A stretch of 64,000 nucleotides of DNA. It comes from an uncultured Bacilli bacterium (lineage in GTDB: Bacteria > Bacillota_I > Bacilli_A > RF39 > UBA660). Of this stretch, positions 10,210 to 19,733 are shown piece by piece. Each line of letters starts with the position of its first letter. Position 1 is the first letter of the stretch. Below the pieces are notes generated by a model, which ran no database searches, had not been told where the DNA came from, and saw only the letters and a list, made by a program, of their open reading frames with translations. A program made the translations under genes and the position numbers. The stretch lies in the NCBI GenBank assembly GCA_947586825.1, contig CANPXU010000001.1, positions 11,815-75,814 of the forward strand, given 5' to 3'.

Positions 10210-11520
10210 TTATGGTTTAATAAGAAAAATAGCATATAAAGGAACTGATTTAATTTGTTTTTTAGGATCATAAGCAAAATCTTTAGTACTTAATCTTATT
10301 GCATACTTAGGATGATATATTTCCCTATAAATATTTAAACTTTTAGATTGCGTATTTTCACCTGCTTTAACTTCTAAAGGAATAATACCATCTCTAGTAT
10401 ATAAAAGAAAATCAATTTCCGCAGTTGCATCATTTTTCCAATAATATAAAGAAAAATTATTACAAACTAACTGATTAGCAACAAAATTTTCAGTTATAAT
10501 TCCTTTATATAAAGAAACATTATCTTTAATAATATCCATAGGAGATATTTTTAATAAAGTATTTAATATTCCAACATCACTTAAAAAAAGTTTAAAAGTA
10601 TCTACATCTATAAACCCTTCCAAAGGAATTTCGGCTCTTTTAACCATTTTAGCCCTTAAAACTAAATTACTAGCTTCAAGCCAATCTAAAGCTGTTGCAT
10701 ACTCTCTAGCTCGAGCATCTTTATCTACTAAAGAATATTGGAATTTACTAGATAAATTATTTAATTGAGATGGTAAAGAATTATAAATTCTTTGTACTTT
10801 TAAAGATTCGGCATCATTAGTAACATATCTTCTCATATCATCAAAATAAGAAGATAAAATATCATTTAAAATGCTATTATCATATTTAATATAATCTCCT
10901 TTAGTGGCAATAATTTTTTTAACACTTTCAGGCATTCCCCCGGACATTAAATACATATAATAATATTTTAAAGCTTTATTATGTAAGGCTTTACCTAAAG
11001 CTCTATTATTATCATAACCATCTTTAATAACGTCAATTAAAAGTTCTTCGTTATTTGCCCAAAGAAATTCTTCAAAATCCATAGGATATAAATAAGAAAA
11101 AGTGATTTTTCCAACAGGAAAAGAAGATTTAAATCTTTTTAGCCTAACACCGAGAAGCGAACCAGCACAAATAACACGTAATTTTGGATGATCCTCCCAA
11201 AAATACTTAAGTTCAGTAATTATTTTTTCTGATTCTTGAATTTCATCAATAAATAAAATAGTATTATCCTTTTCAATATCAAAGTCTAATAATACCTTTA
11301 ATCTATTAAATTTTTCATCCGAAGATAAAACAGAATCATATAAATCAATAATATCATTTCTTTTAATTAAATTAACATAAATATAATTTTGATATTCATT
11401 TTGACAAAACTCATTAATAATATGAGTTTTACCACATTGTCTTACACCAAGCATAATTAATGGTTTAGCATGAATTTCTTCTTTCCATTTTAATAAATCG
11501 TTATAAATTTTTCTTTTCAT
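10210..11520 (-). CDS. AAA-family ATP-binding protein of the AAA_14/DUF4143 type
   Basis: Walker A GVRQCGKTH and Walker B ILFIDEIQ, at the ~430-aa length typical of this family. ATG 11520 follows AAGGAGAA, so the ORF-track start 11550 is probably 10 codons too long. Confidence 0.75.
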   Translation of the reverse strand: MKRKIYNDLLKWKEEIHAKPLIMLGVRQCGKTHIINEFCQNEYQNYIYVNLIKRNDIIDLYDSVLSSDEKFNRLKVLLDFDIEKDNTILFIDEIQESEKIITELKYFWEDHPKLRVICAGSLLGVRLKRFKSSFPVGKITFSYLYPMDFEEFLWANNEELLIDVIKDGYDNNRALGKALHNKALKYYYMYLMSGGMPESVKKIIATKGDYIKYDNSILNDILSSYFDDMRRYVTNDAESLKVQRIYNSLPSQLNNLSSKFQYSLVDKDARAREYATALDWLEASNLVLRAKMVKRAEIPLEGFIDVDTFKLFLSDVGILNTLLKISPMDIIKDNVSLYKGIITENFVANQLVCNNFSLYYWKNDATAEIDFLLYTRDGIIPLEVKAGENTQSKSLNIYREIYHPKYAIRLSTKDFAYDPKKQIKSVPLYAIFLIKP

Positions 11521-11574
11521 AGGTATTCTCCTTATGAATAAGGATACCATTCTTTTAGTTTAAAATCAACAAAT

Positions 11575-11673
11575 CTCACGAAATTCAAAGAACTTTTTGA
11601 CGCTTTTCTCACGAAAATCAAAGGACTTTTTGACGCTTTTCTCACGAAATTCAAAGGACTTATTTACCATTTT
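11575..11673. repeat. Three tandem 33-bp direct repeats (CTCACGAAA(T/A)TCAAAG(A/G)ACTTTTTGACGCTTTT; third copy degenerate at its end)
   Basis: Read directly from the sequence: 11575-11607, 11608-11640 and 11641-11673. The repeats lie between the tagO stop (11712) and the ATPase start (11520). Confidence 0.9.
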
Positions 11674-11711
11674 TAAACACTATTAAAAACATAAACTTAA
11701 ATAAATTTAGA

Positions 11712-12767
11712 TTACTTTTTATTCTTTTTCTTATGTTCAAATAAAATATTAGTCTTAGCTACAATAATGATTAAGATAAACATTAATACAATATAGATAG
11801 CTATAGCTAGTTTACTATTATTGCCTAAAGCATAGAATATTGATACTAAAGAGAAAAGAATACTTATAAAATAGATTATAAATAAACTTTTTTTTGGTGA
11901 AAATTTCATTCTAAGAAGTTGATGATGTAAATGTTCTTTATCAGGTTCTCCGATACTTTGATGCTTAATAAGTCTTCTTATAATGGCAAATAAAGTATCA
12001 AAAATTGGAATAGCAAGGATTAACATTGGCACAACTAAAGATGTAATGGTAGCCACTTTAAATCCTAGTAAAGCTATAATCGATATCATAAAGCCTAAGA
12101 ATGTACTTCCGCAGTCGCCCATGAATACTTTGGCAGGTGGAAAATTATGCGTTAAAAAGCCTAAGGTTGAGCCAAGCATAATTAAACATAAAATAACATC
12201 AAGGCCAGAAGTATTACCCATCATAAAGGCAATAACCGATATGGTAGCAAAGTAAATACTACTTACGCCAGCACAAAGACCATCAAGGCCATCTATTAAG
12301 TTAATCGCATTGATAGCAGATACAATAAATAAAATAGATATAATTTGGCCTAACAATATAGGAAAATAAAAGTTAAAGCCTAATAAAGAAATATGTTGAA
12401 AAAATAATCTTCCATAAAAGACTACAATGGATGCCACTAAAAGATGCACCAAAAATTTATATTTAGCCCTAATAGGCTTAATATCATCTAAAATACCTAA
12501 TACTACTAAAATAAATGAAGCTATTAAAATAGATAGCATTTGCGTAGTAATTTCACCATAAGCTATATAGCCAAATAAAAATCCACCATAAATAGCTATA
12601 CCCCCTAGTCTAGGCATAGGATGCTTATGAATTTTTCTTTCATTAGGCATATCCATTGCTCCCACATGGACAGCAAGCTTTTTAGATAGAAATACTAAAA
12701 TAAAACTAACTAGATAAGTTACAATTAATATCTCTAATATATTGTGATTATTAATAACAAAATTCAT
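11712..12767 (-). CDS. tagO: Undecaprenyl-phosphate HexNAc-1-phosphate transferase (TagO/WecA, MraY-like family)
   Basis: 351 aa, ~10 TM segments. Motifs MDMPNERKIHK.PMPRLGGIAIY, NAINLIDGLDGL and FMGDCGS. Confidence 0.85.
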   Translation of the reverse strand: MNFVINNHNILEILIVTYLVSFILVFLSKKLAVHVGAMDMPNERKIHKHPMPRLGGIAIYGGFLFGYIAYGEITTQMLSILIASFILVVLGILDDIKPIRAKYKFLVHLLVASIVVFYGRLFFQHISLLGFNFYFPILLGQIISILFIVSAINAINLIDGLDGLCAGVSSIYFATISVIAFMMGNTSGLDVILCLIMLGSTLGFLTHNFPPAKVFMGDCGSTFLGFMISIIALLGFKVATITSLVVPMLILAIPIFDTLFAIIRRLIKHQSIGEPDKEHLHHQLLRMKFSPKKSLFIIYFISILFSLVSIFYALGNNSKLAIAIYIVLMFILIIIVAKTNILFEHKKKNKK

Positions 12768-12901
12768 TATAACTCCTATTAGTATTATAACCCATAATAA
12801 GAAGATTTAACAATAATAAGATATTTAGAATAATTTTAAAAAATGCAAAATAAAAAGGAAATTTGCCACCCACCCGGTATATATAAATATGGAGGTATAT
12901 A

Positions 12902-13612
12902 ATGAATGAACTATTTATTTATATGGACGATTCTGGCGTATTAAATAAAAATGAAGCTACCTTTGTATATGCTGGTTTATTTTTTTACTCGGCAGAAGAA
13001 TATAACAACTTTATAATTAGATATAAAAGTATTATAGATGATATTAAATGTAAGTATTGTAAAAATAAATATAATTGTAATAATGATTGCCCTGAGATTA
13101 AAGGCACATCAAAACTTACTAGTGCAAATCGCAGAAGAATTATTAACTTAATAAAGAAGCAAAAATCTTATGGGGTTCTTATTAATAATCAAAAGATATT
13201 TAATAGAATTTTAGATAATAAACTTGCTCGGGGAAGATTTTGTGAATATGCACAAAAAAGAGTTATCAAAGAAATTGTAAGTTATGCTATCCAAAATAAG
13301 GCTATTGATAATTTACTGCCTCTTACCATAAATATCAAAATAGATGAAAATAACGCTAAAAGTAATGGCTATTATAATTTACATGATAGCATCTTTAAAG
13401 AACTTAAACATGGTATGCGCAATGATGATTATGCTATTATGCATAAACCTTTACTTAAAGCTAAATTACTATTAAAGGTTAGAAAATATAATTCTAAACT
13501 TCATTATGGCATTCAAAGTGCTGATATGATAGCTAATTTTGTCCATCGTAAGTTTAAACAAAATAATATTGATGAATTAGAGTTTATGACCATCAAACTA
13601 TTTTTGCCATAG
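12902..13612 (+). CDS. DUF3800-like protein
   Basis: 236 aa. N-terminal FIYMDDSG motif characteristic of DUF3800, and a Cys-rich insert CKYCKNKYNCNNDCPE. It is the lone plus-strand gene between operons. A hairpin GGAAGC-CTAA-GCTTCC follows the stop. Confidence 0.55.
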   Translation: MNELFIYMDDSGVLNKNEATFVYAGLFFYSAEEYNNFIIRYKSIIDDIKCKYCKNKYNCNNDCPEIKGTSKLTSANRRRIINLIKKQKSYGVLINNQKIFNRILDNKLARGRFCEYAQKRVIKEIVSYAIQNKAIDNLLPLTINIKIDENNAKSNGYYNLHDSIFKELKHGMRNDDYAIMHKPLLKAKLLLKVRKYNSKLHYGIQSADMIANFVHRKFKQNNIDELEFMTIKLFLP

Positions 13613-13753
13613 AAAAAGGAAGCCTAAGCTTCCCTCTTATCTAACTGAGAAGATATAAAGCTATAAAGCTTTTACATGCATCAGTTATTGACCTGACAAA
13701 GTATCACTACTTCCGGTAAAGCAAATATAGCATAAAGCTATTTAAAATGTCAA

Positions 13754-15298
13754 TTATTCCTTATTTTTCTTTTTATCTTTTTTCTTCTTTTTGCGTTTAC
13801 GATCATCTTCAAAGATATCGTATACTTCATCTTCACTAGCATCCTCAGCTGTTTGTATACTTTCGTCTTTTACTGGGGTAAAATTATCTTTTATTTTTTG
13901 AGTATCAGATAATTTTTTATCATCTTCCTCTTCCACTTTAAAATCTTCTTTTGGTGCCTTTTCTTCCTTTGTTGTTTTTGGAACGGGTACTTGTTTTTCT
14001 TCTTTCTTTATTTCTTTATTTTTCTTAGGTTTTTTACCCTTTTTAGCTAATAAAGAAATAATTACAATTAAGCTTACAAATGTTGTGCCTGCGAAAGCAC
14101 ACGCTACATAAAGAAGTAGTTTAGTATGCTCCATCTCTTCATTTTTCTCTTCTTTATCAAATTTCATAATGGTATTATCTTTGGTATCAACAGTAAATAA
14201 ACCCTCTTCATTAGTTTCAACGTTAACACCATAAACATATTTATACCTATCTTCATTACTCTTTTGTAAGCACTCTACTTCGATATTATTAATTTTTAAA
14301 GTTGAGGCAGTATAATCTTTAAGATTTTCTTTCATCCCTAATGGTCTTACGGTTATATTGCCTAAATTAATTTCATAATACCTATCATATTTACCATCTT
14401 CATAGGTAAACATTACGACCTTACCCTTTTCATCTTTAAGACCTACTACGGTAAGATCCATGATATCGCTATGATAAGCCGGTATCTCAAATTCACCAAT
14501 ATTAATTTTAGATTCTTTAAATCCTTTCGGTGTAGTTAGATTTTCTCTCATCTTAACAACTGTATATTTTTTGCTATCATAGTTTACTTCAATAGGATTT
14601 TTATCTATTACTTCAACATTGATTTTATAAACCTTTTCGCTACCATTTTGAGCAACAACATATATTTCAAAAGTATTATTACCTGGTGATACACTTTGAG
14701 GCCCAATACCACTTACAGAGGCTGTATTATCTTCAGGTGTAGCAGATATATTTATTTCTTTTGTATCTTCACTTACTTTAACATTATACTCTAAAGTATC
14801 TTTATTAAACTCAGGCTCTAAATCAGCATCATCGACTTTTAAAGATGCCAAGTTATTGTTTTTAGATAAACTATCTTGATATTCATTATAAGTTATAGTA
14901 CTTACAGTAGCAGATCCAACATTTAAGGTCATTTCATTTACATCAAAATCTACAACTGATATTGAACCTAATGAGAAAGTACTTGACCCTTTAGCAACAG
15001 CAGTAAATGTATAAGAAAAAGTAACTGTTTTAGTAGCATTATTATCAACATATCCTACAGCATGAAGATCAGCAGTTGATGATACTAGTCTAAAAACAGA
15101 CGAATTATAATTTAAGCCATATTCCCAAGAACCTAAAGGAGTTGCCGAAGAAATAGTTACATAAACTGTTACACTATTGCCTATAATAACTTGTGAAGTC
15201 GAAGCTGAAACATTAACATTAGCAGTTGCCGCATTAACCGTTCCTGCGAACATAAAGGTACTTAATATGGTAAATAATAATATTTTTATTTTTCTCAT
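13754..15298 (-). CDS. Membrane-anchored surface protein with N-terminal cohesin-like module and cadherin-like beta-sandwich module
   Basis: Signal peptide ending VNA-AT. A ~125-aa cohesin-like module (VSASTSQVIIGNSVTVYVTISS..GSWEYGLNYNSSVFRLVS..FTAVAKGSSTFSLGSISV). A cadherin-like module (LASLKVDDADLEPEFNKDTLEYNVKV..YKINV). A C-terminal TM segment (LLLYVACAFAGTTFVSLIVIISLLA) followed by a K/E-rich tail. Confidence 0.55.
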   Translation of the reverse strand: MRKIKILLFTILSTFMFAGTVNAATANVNVSASTSQVIIGNSVTVYVTISSATPLGSWEYGLNYNSSVFRLVSSTADLHAVGYVDNNATKTVTFSYTFTAVAKGSSTFSLGSISVVDFDVNEMTLNVGSATVSTITYNEYQDSLSKNNNLASLKVDDADLEPEFNKDTLEYNVKVSEDTKEINISATPEDNTASVSGIGPQSVSPGNNTFEIYVVAQNGSEKVYKINVEVIDKNPIEVNYDSKKYTVVKMRENLTTPKGFKESKINIGEFEIPAYHSDIMDLTVVGLKDEKGKVVMFTYEDGKYDRYYEINLGNITVRPLGMKENLKDYTASTLKINNIEVECLQKSNEDRYKYVYGVNVETNEEGLFTVDTKDNTIMKFDKEEKNEEMEHTKLLLYVACAFAGTTFVSLIVIISLLAKKGKKPKKNKEIKKEEKQVPVPKTTKEEKAPKEDFKVEEEDDKKLSDTQKIKDNFTPVKDESIQTAEDASEDEVYDIFEDDRKRKKKKKDKKKNKE

Positions 15299-15314
15299 AT
15301 ATTTCCTATCCTCC

Positions 15315-17264
15315 TTAATTTATGGTTAAATAGCCTAAAATATGCTTTTGAATTCTTAATAAGTCTTTAATATTAACAATTCCATCTTGGTTATTATCTC
15401 CGCCTTTAAAATATACACCAGGTAAATCAGAATAACCTAAAATATACTTTTGAACTTTTAGAAGATCTTTAATATCAATATTACCATCACCACTTACATC
15501 GCCACGGACAGCAATATTCAATGTCTTTTTATCAGCCCCATTAGAAATGGTTACCGTGTCACCTGTAGAGAATGTTAAAGGATTTTGATTATTTATTACA
15601 ACACTAGCTGTAGCAGATATTTTATTAACTTCATTTCTAAATTGATCTATCGTAAGTCCTGGACCATAGATAAGCATTTCTCCTGTTATAGGGGCAGCCA
15701 TACTGTTTAAGATATCATCAACGCTCATTGCGGTACCATCGGTTCTAATAATATTAATTGTATAATTTTGAACTTTCTTATTTTGAGCAGTTACTTTAAG
15801 AGTTACAGTTGTCTTTTCACCTGTTAAATTAATATCACCAGTTCCTTCGAGTTTAGCATTTTTATTAATAACAGATCCTGCAATTTTAACAGAAGTAAGA
15901 CCTTCAGCTACATAATAATCATATGTAAAAGTATCATGTTTAAAGTTTTGAATTTCTTTGCCATTTACCGTAATACTCTTTAAATGATTATTAGGATTAC
16001 CCTCTGTAGGCATTGGGCTTGCCGTCTCAGGCATATTAGCATATACCGGAATAACAAAGCTAAATGCGGTTTCAAGTAAGTTATTAGAAACTAAAGCTTT
16101 ATAAGTTGATATAGCTTCTTGAGCAGGGCCTTGGACATTAGTTTGATATTGATTGGTATAAGCTGTTCTTTGACGATAAGAAGATACATTATACTTTTGG
16201 AAATATGTTGTATCTTGACCTATTCCGACATAGTGAGCAGCAATATACTGTGCACCACCATTAATTGCCGTATCAAGTGTTGTCCATGGCGTACCATAGC
16301 CAATGCTACCGGCAGCCCATTTGATGCCATCTGCAGCCCCAGTATAAGCACCGATATTGTAAGGGTTATAAATGTGAGGATAATTACCATAGGCTGTTCC
16401 TCTTATGGAATAATTAGTGTAATTACCTGTCGTCTCTAATTTAATTCTACTTGCTAGATAAACAGGACTAACATTATTACTTTTACCAGCATCATATATA
16501 ACACTGCTCTTTGCAGCTATATCCGTACCTTTTAAAACATCATTAACGGTATCTAGTTTTTGAGCAGTCTCATCAAAAGATAGTTTTTCAAAAATAAATA
16601 TTTCTTGTTCATCAAAGAAGTTACGAGGGTCAAGGAAATATGCTACCGTATCGTGACTAGCGTTATACCAGTTAGTACCCTCCTTAACAATAAACTCATC
16701 TTTTAAATAATCATAAGATATATATTCCGTATCAAGAAAGCCTTGTGTTTTTTCATTAAATGATTGAATTAGTGCTTTACGATCATACTCTTGTTGGAAA
16801 ACGGAATTTCCCCAGTCTAAATTATTAAAATCAGGAGTAAAGTTCCAAGTAGGATGGATTTTTTTAAGTTCACATAAGCCAGGGATATAACTTTCAGGGA
16901 AGCCTTTAACTTTTAAATCAGTTTCACAGTTATTTACCACATTTTCGTCATACTCTACTCTTGAATATTCGTCTGCAAAGTTAGCGCAAACATAACCAGT
17001 TTTATCACCTTCATAGTAAACATGATACCAACCCATTGTACATCCTAGGCTTGGATCAGTTCTTTCTTCTGTTACAAGTTCATATATTGTATTAACAGGA
17101 ATTTTTTCAACTAATGTCTTAGAACTTGAAGTTGGTTCTTCTCTAAGCCTTACACCTGATACAGGAACTATGATTCTTACTATCGTTTTAGCGTAAACTA
17201 CTTCATGCACAAAAAAAAGAAAGGCTGTAAATAATAGCAATAGAATAAATCTACTTTTTTTCAT
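15315..17264 (-). CDS. Secreted peptidoglycan hydrolase: SH3 + GH73-like N-acetylglucosaminidase + cadherin-like module + C-terminal dockerin
   Basis: Signal peptide. SH3-like region (GVRLREEPTSSSK..GWYHVYYEGDKTGYV). Glucosaminidase core (VSPVYLASRIKLETTG..YNPYNIGAY..GQDTTYFQKYNV). Cadherin-like module (LKSITVNGKEIQNFKHDTFTYDYYV). Two dockerin F-hand repeats (GDVSGDGNIDIKDLLKVQKYILGY and GDNNQDGIVNIKDLLRIQKHILGY). Confidence 0.7.
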   Translation of the reverse strand: MKKSRFILLLLFTAFLFFVHEVVYAKTIVRIIVPVSGVRLREEPTSSSKTLVEKIPVNTIYELVTEERTDPSLGCTMGWYHVYYEGDKTGYVCANFADEYSRVEYDENVVNNCETDLKVKGFPESYIPGLCELKKIHPTWNFTPDFNNLDWGNSVFQQEYDRKALIQSFNEKTQGFLDTEYISYDYLKDEFIVKEGTNWYNASHDTVAYFLDPRNFFDEQEIFIFEKLSFDETAQKLDTVNDVLKGTDIAAKSSVIYDAGKSNNVSPVYLASRIKLETTGNYTNYSIRGTAYGNYPHIYNPYNIGAYTGAADGIKWAAGSIGYGTPWTTLDTAINGGAQYIAAHYVGIGQDTTYFQKYNVSSYRQRTAYTNQYQTNVQGPAQEAISTYKALVSNNLLETAFSFVIPVYANMPETASPMPTEGNPNNHLKSITVNGKEIQNFKHDTFTYDYYVAEGLTSVKIAGSVINKNAKLEGTGDINLTGEKTTVTLKVTAQNKKVQNYTINIIRTDGTAMSVDDILNSMAAPITGEMLIYGPGLTIDQFRNEVNKISATASVVINNQNPLTFSTGDTVTISNGADKKTLNIAVRGDVSGDGNIDIKDLLKVQKYILGYSDLPGVYFKGGDNNQDGIVNIKDLLRIQKHILGYLTIN

Positions 17265-17352
17265 TTTACAGCCCTCCTTTCCTACTCTTTTATAATTATA
17301 ACATTATATTTAGGAATTTTATGGGAACTTTACAACTTTTTGTCGAAACATG

Positions 17353-18147
17353 TCAACTTAATGCAACGTCTAAAATCATCATTATAACAAACCCAATTAA
17401 AGCTAAAAATGTCATCAAATTCTTTTTGGCATTATTTTGACTTTCCGGAATAATCTCTCTTATAACAACAAAGATCATAGCACCGCCGGCAAAAGCTAGT
17501 AAATATGGCAGTAAGTTACGAACATTGAGAACAAGAATAGCACCAATTAAACTAGATATTGGCTCGACAAGGCCGCTTAAAGCACCAATCAAAAAGGATT
17601 TGGTTCGTGAGTATCCTGCTCCTCTTAAAGGAAGGCTAATAGCCGCTCCTTCAGGAAAGTTTTGGATACCAATACCTATAGCAAGCATTAAAGCTGAAGC
17701 CAAAGTAACGCCATCAAGGCCATATTTAATTGAGCCAAAAGCCACACCTATCGCTAGTCCCTCAGGGATATTATGAAGAACTATTGAGCTAACTAGTAAG
17801 ATAAGTCTTTTGCTGCTACTTTCGCCTTCGATATGTTTTGATACTAGTTTATCACTAACAATTAAGAAGATACCACCGAAAAGAAAGCCAATTGAAACAG
17901 CTAGCCATGGATTCAAGCCAAGATTTTCAGCCCCACTTAAAGCCGGATTAATAAGCGAAAAGAAACTAGCTGCGAGCATTATTCCTGCCGAAAGCGATAG
18001 CATCATTGCTAAAATATTTTTATTAACCTTTTTAAAGAAAACAACAATTCCTGATCCTAGTGCTGTTATAGCAAAGGTTAAAAGTCCTGCCAAAAAGGAT
18101 TGAATTGGATTAGCTAGGTTTGCATACCACATTATCATTTTATTCAC
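17353..18147 (-). CDS. zupT: ZIP-family metal (zinc) transporter
   Basis: 264 aa, polytopic. HNIPEGLAIGVAFG and QNFPEGAAIS motifs. Confidence 0.8.
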   Translation of the reverse strand: MNKMIMWYANLANPIQSFLAGLLTFAITALGSGIVVFFKKVNKNILAMMLSLSAGIMLAASFFSLINPALSGAENLGLNPWLAVSIGFLFGGIFLIVSDKLVSKHIEGESSSKRLILLVSSIVLHNIPEGLAIGVAFGSIKYGLDGVTLASALMLAIGIGIQNFPEGAAISLPLRGAGYSRTKSFLIGALSGLVEPISSLIGAILVLNVRNLLPYLLAFAGGAMIFVVIREIIPESQNNAKKNLMTFLALIGFVIMMILDVALS

Positions 18148-18171
18148 CCTATTAGTAATATATTAAAGTTC

Positions 18172-18990
18172 TTGATGAAGGCTTGGGCTTTAGTATATAA
18201 TAAAAGTATGAAAGAAAATAGCGTTGTAAAAATAGTTAATAAAGATGGGTATTCTTATTTAGAATTTAAGAAATTAACTGAATTAGGAGTAAAGAATTGT
18301 TTTACTTTAAAACCTCTTAATTTTTCTTTTAAACACCAAAGTGAAGTGGATAATCGCAATAACTTCAAAATAATCTGTAAACTTATGGATATAGATTATG
18401 ATAAATTATGTAGGCCTGAGCAAAAGCATACTAATGAAGTTAAGATTGTCAAGGATAAGTACGGTGTTAACATAAGTGAGTTTAGCTTTACAGATGGACT
18501 TATAACTAATCAAAAAGGCATACCTATTGCTACTACAGCCGCCGACTGTACGCCTATTATGATATATGATTCTCAAAATAAAGTAATTGCTAATGTTCAC
18601 TCGGGTTGGAAAGGCACTTTAAATAATATTGTAATTAATGCTACTAATAAAATGATAGAAGAGTTTAACTGTCAAAAAGAAAATCTACTTTACTTTTTTG
18701 GCCCATGCATCTGTAAAGACTGTTTTGAAGTTCAAAATGATGTATATGAACTTTTTTATAATAAATATAAATACTTAGATAATATAAATGATATTATTAG
18801 AAAGAAAAATGATAAATACTTAATTGACACTACCCTTTTAAATGAAACCTTACTTATAAATATGGGCATTAAAAAAGCAAATATCTATAAAGCTGATATT
18901 TGCACTTATGAAAATGATAATTATTTACATTCATATCGTAAAAGAACAAGCGATTCCTTTGGTTTGGGAGTAGCTATAGTTTGTCTATAA
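18172..18990 (+). CDS. pgeF: YfiH/PgeF family (polyphenol-oxidase-like, peptidoglycan editing factor)
   Basis: Motifs TADCTPIM, HSGWKGT and C.C..CFEV. The real start may be the internal MKENS. Confidence 0.75.
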   Translation: MMKAWALVYNKSMKENSVVKIVNKDGYSYLEFKKLTELGVKNCFTLKPLNFSFKHQSEVDNRNNFKIICKLMDIDYDKLCRPEQKHTNEVKIVKDKYGVNISEFSFTDGLITNQKGIPIATTAADCTPIMIYDSQNKVIANVHSGWKGTLNNIVINATNKMIEEFNCQKENLLYFFGPCICKDCFEVQNDVYELFYNKYKYLDNINDIIRKKNDKYLIDTTLLNETLLINMGIKKANIYKADICTYENDNYLHSYRKRTSDSFGLGVAIVCL

Positions 18991-19725
18991 CTACTTTTTT
19001 TTATTTCCTTTGAAAACCGCATATATAGCAGCAGCTCCTACAAAGACAAATATAAAAACCCTAGTTATAGTACTATCATTATCAACAAGATAATCATTTA
19101 TTTTATCGGTTATGTCATCAACTTTTTCGATGACATGTTCAGCTTCCTTTTCAAGGTCTTTTTCGTTTTCCTCTACCTGTCCTATTTTAGTAAAGTCAAT
19201 GTTATCCTCGACACCATCAGTGTCAATGGTTGAGCAATATCCTTCCTCTTTGCCATCTTGCCATAAACCTAAAGCGTTTTCACGTGCTGACTTTTGTATA
19301 AGGCATAAGCTTTCCGTGTAGCGATAAGTACCATAGATATAAGCAACTTCCGCATAGCCTACGGATACAAGTTCTTTTTGTAGTAAGCTATCATCTACCC
19401 AAATCCAAGCAAGACTTCGACCATATTTATCTGTTTTATTACTATTTTCATACTCAACAACTATTTTACTGGCATTACTAAGTTTATTGCATGTATACTC
19501 ACTAGCATTTTCGCCATAGGCTTCCACCTCTTTGGTTGGGTGTACAGTCTCGGGAGTATCAATAGCTAAAAATCTAAACTTAGTCTCTTCACCATCAACC
19601 AAAAAAACGGCTGTATCACCATCTACGCATCTTACAAAACTAACCTCTTGGGCAGTAGTATCCGCTTTAACACTCAAGGGGCAAAGAATTAAAATTAATA
19701 ACCAAAATATTATACTTCTTTTCAT
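18991..19725 (-). CDS. nuc: Membrane-anchored thermonuclease (SNase family)
   Basis: Signal peptide. SNase core (RCVDGDTAVF..FRFLAIDTPE..DKYGRSLAWIW..LVSVGYAEV). C-terminal TM segment (VFIFVFVGAAAIYAVF). Confidence 0.8.
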   Translation of the reverse strand: MKRSIIFWLLILILCPLSVKADTTAQEVSFVRCVDGDTAVFLVDGEETKFRFLAIDTPETVHPTKEVEAYGENASEYTCNKLSNASKIVVEYENSNKTDKYGRSLAWIWVDDSLLQKELVSVGYAEVAYIYGTYRYTESLCLIQKSARENALGLWQDGKEEGYCSTIDTDGVEDNIDFTKIGQVEENEKDLEKEAEHVIEKVDDITDKINDYLVDNDSTITRVFIFVFVGAAAIYAVFKGNKKK

Positions 19726-19733
19726 ACCAAGGC

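Noticed and set aside
11575-11673. Could the 33-bp repeats be a mini-CRISPR array?
   Set aside because: The units are directly contiguous with no spacers. There are only three copies, no cas genes are present in the window, and the unit has no CRISPR-like palindromic core.
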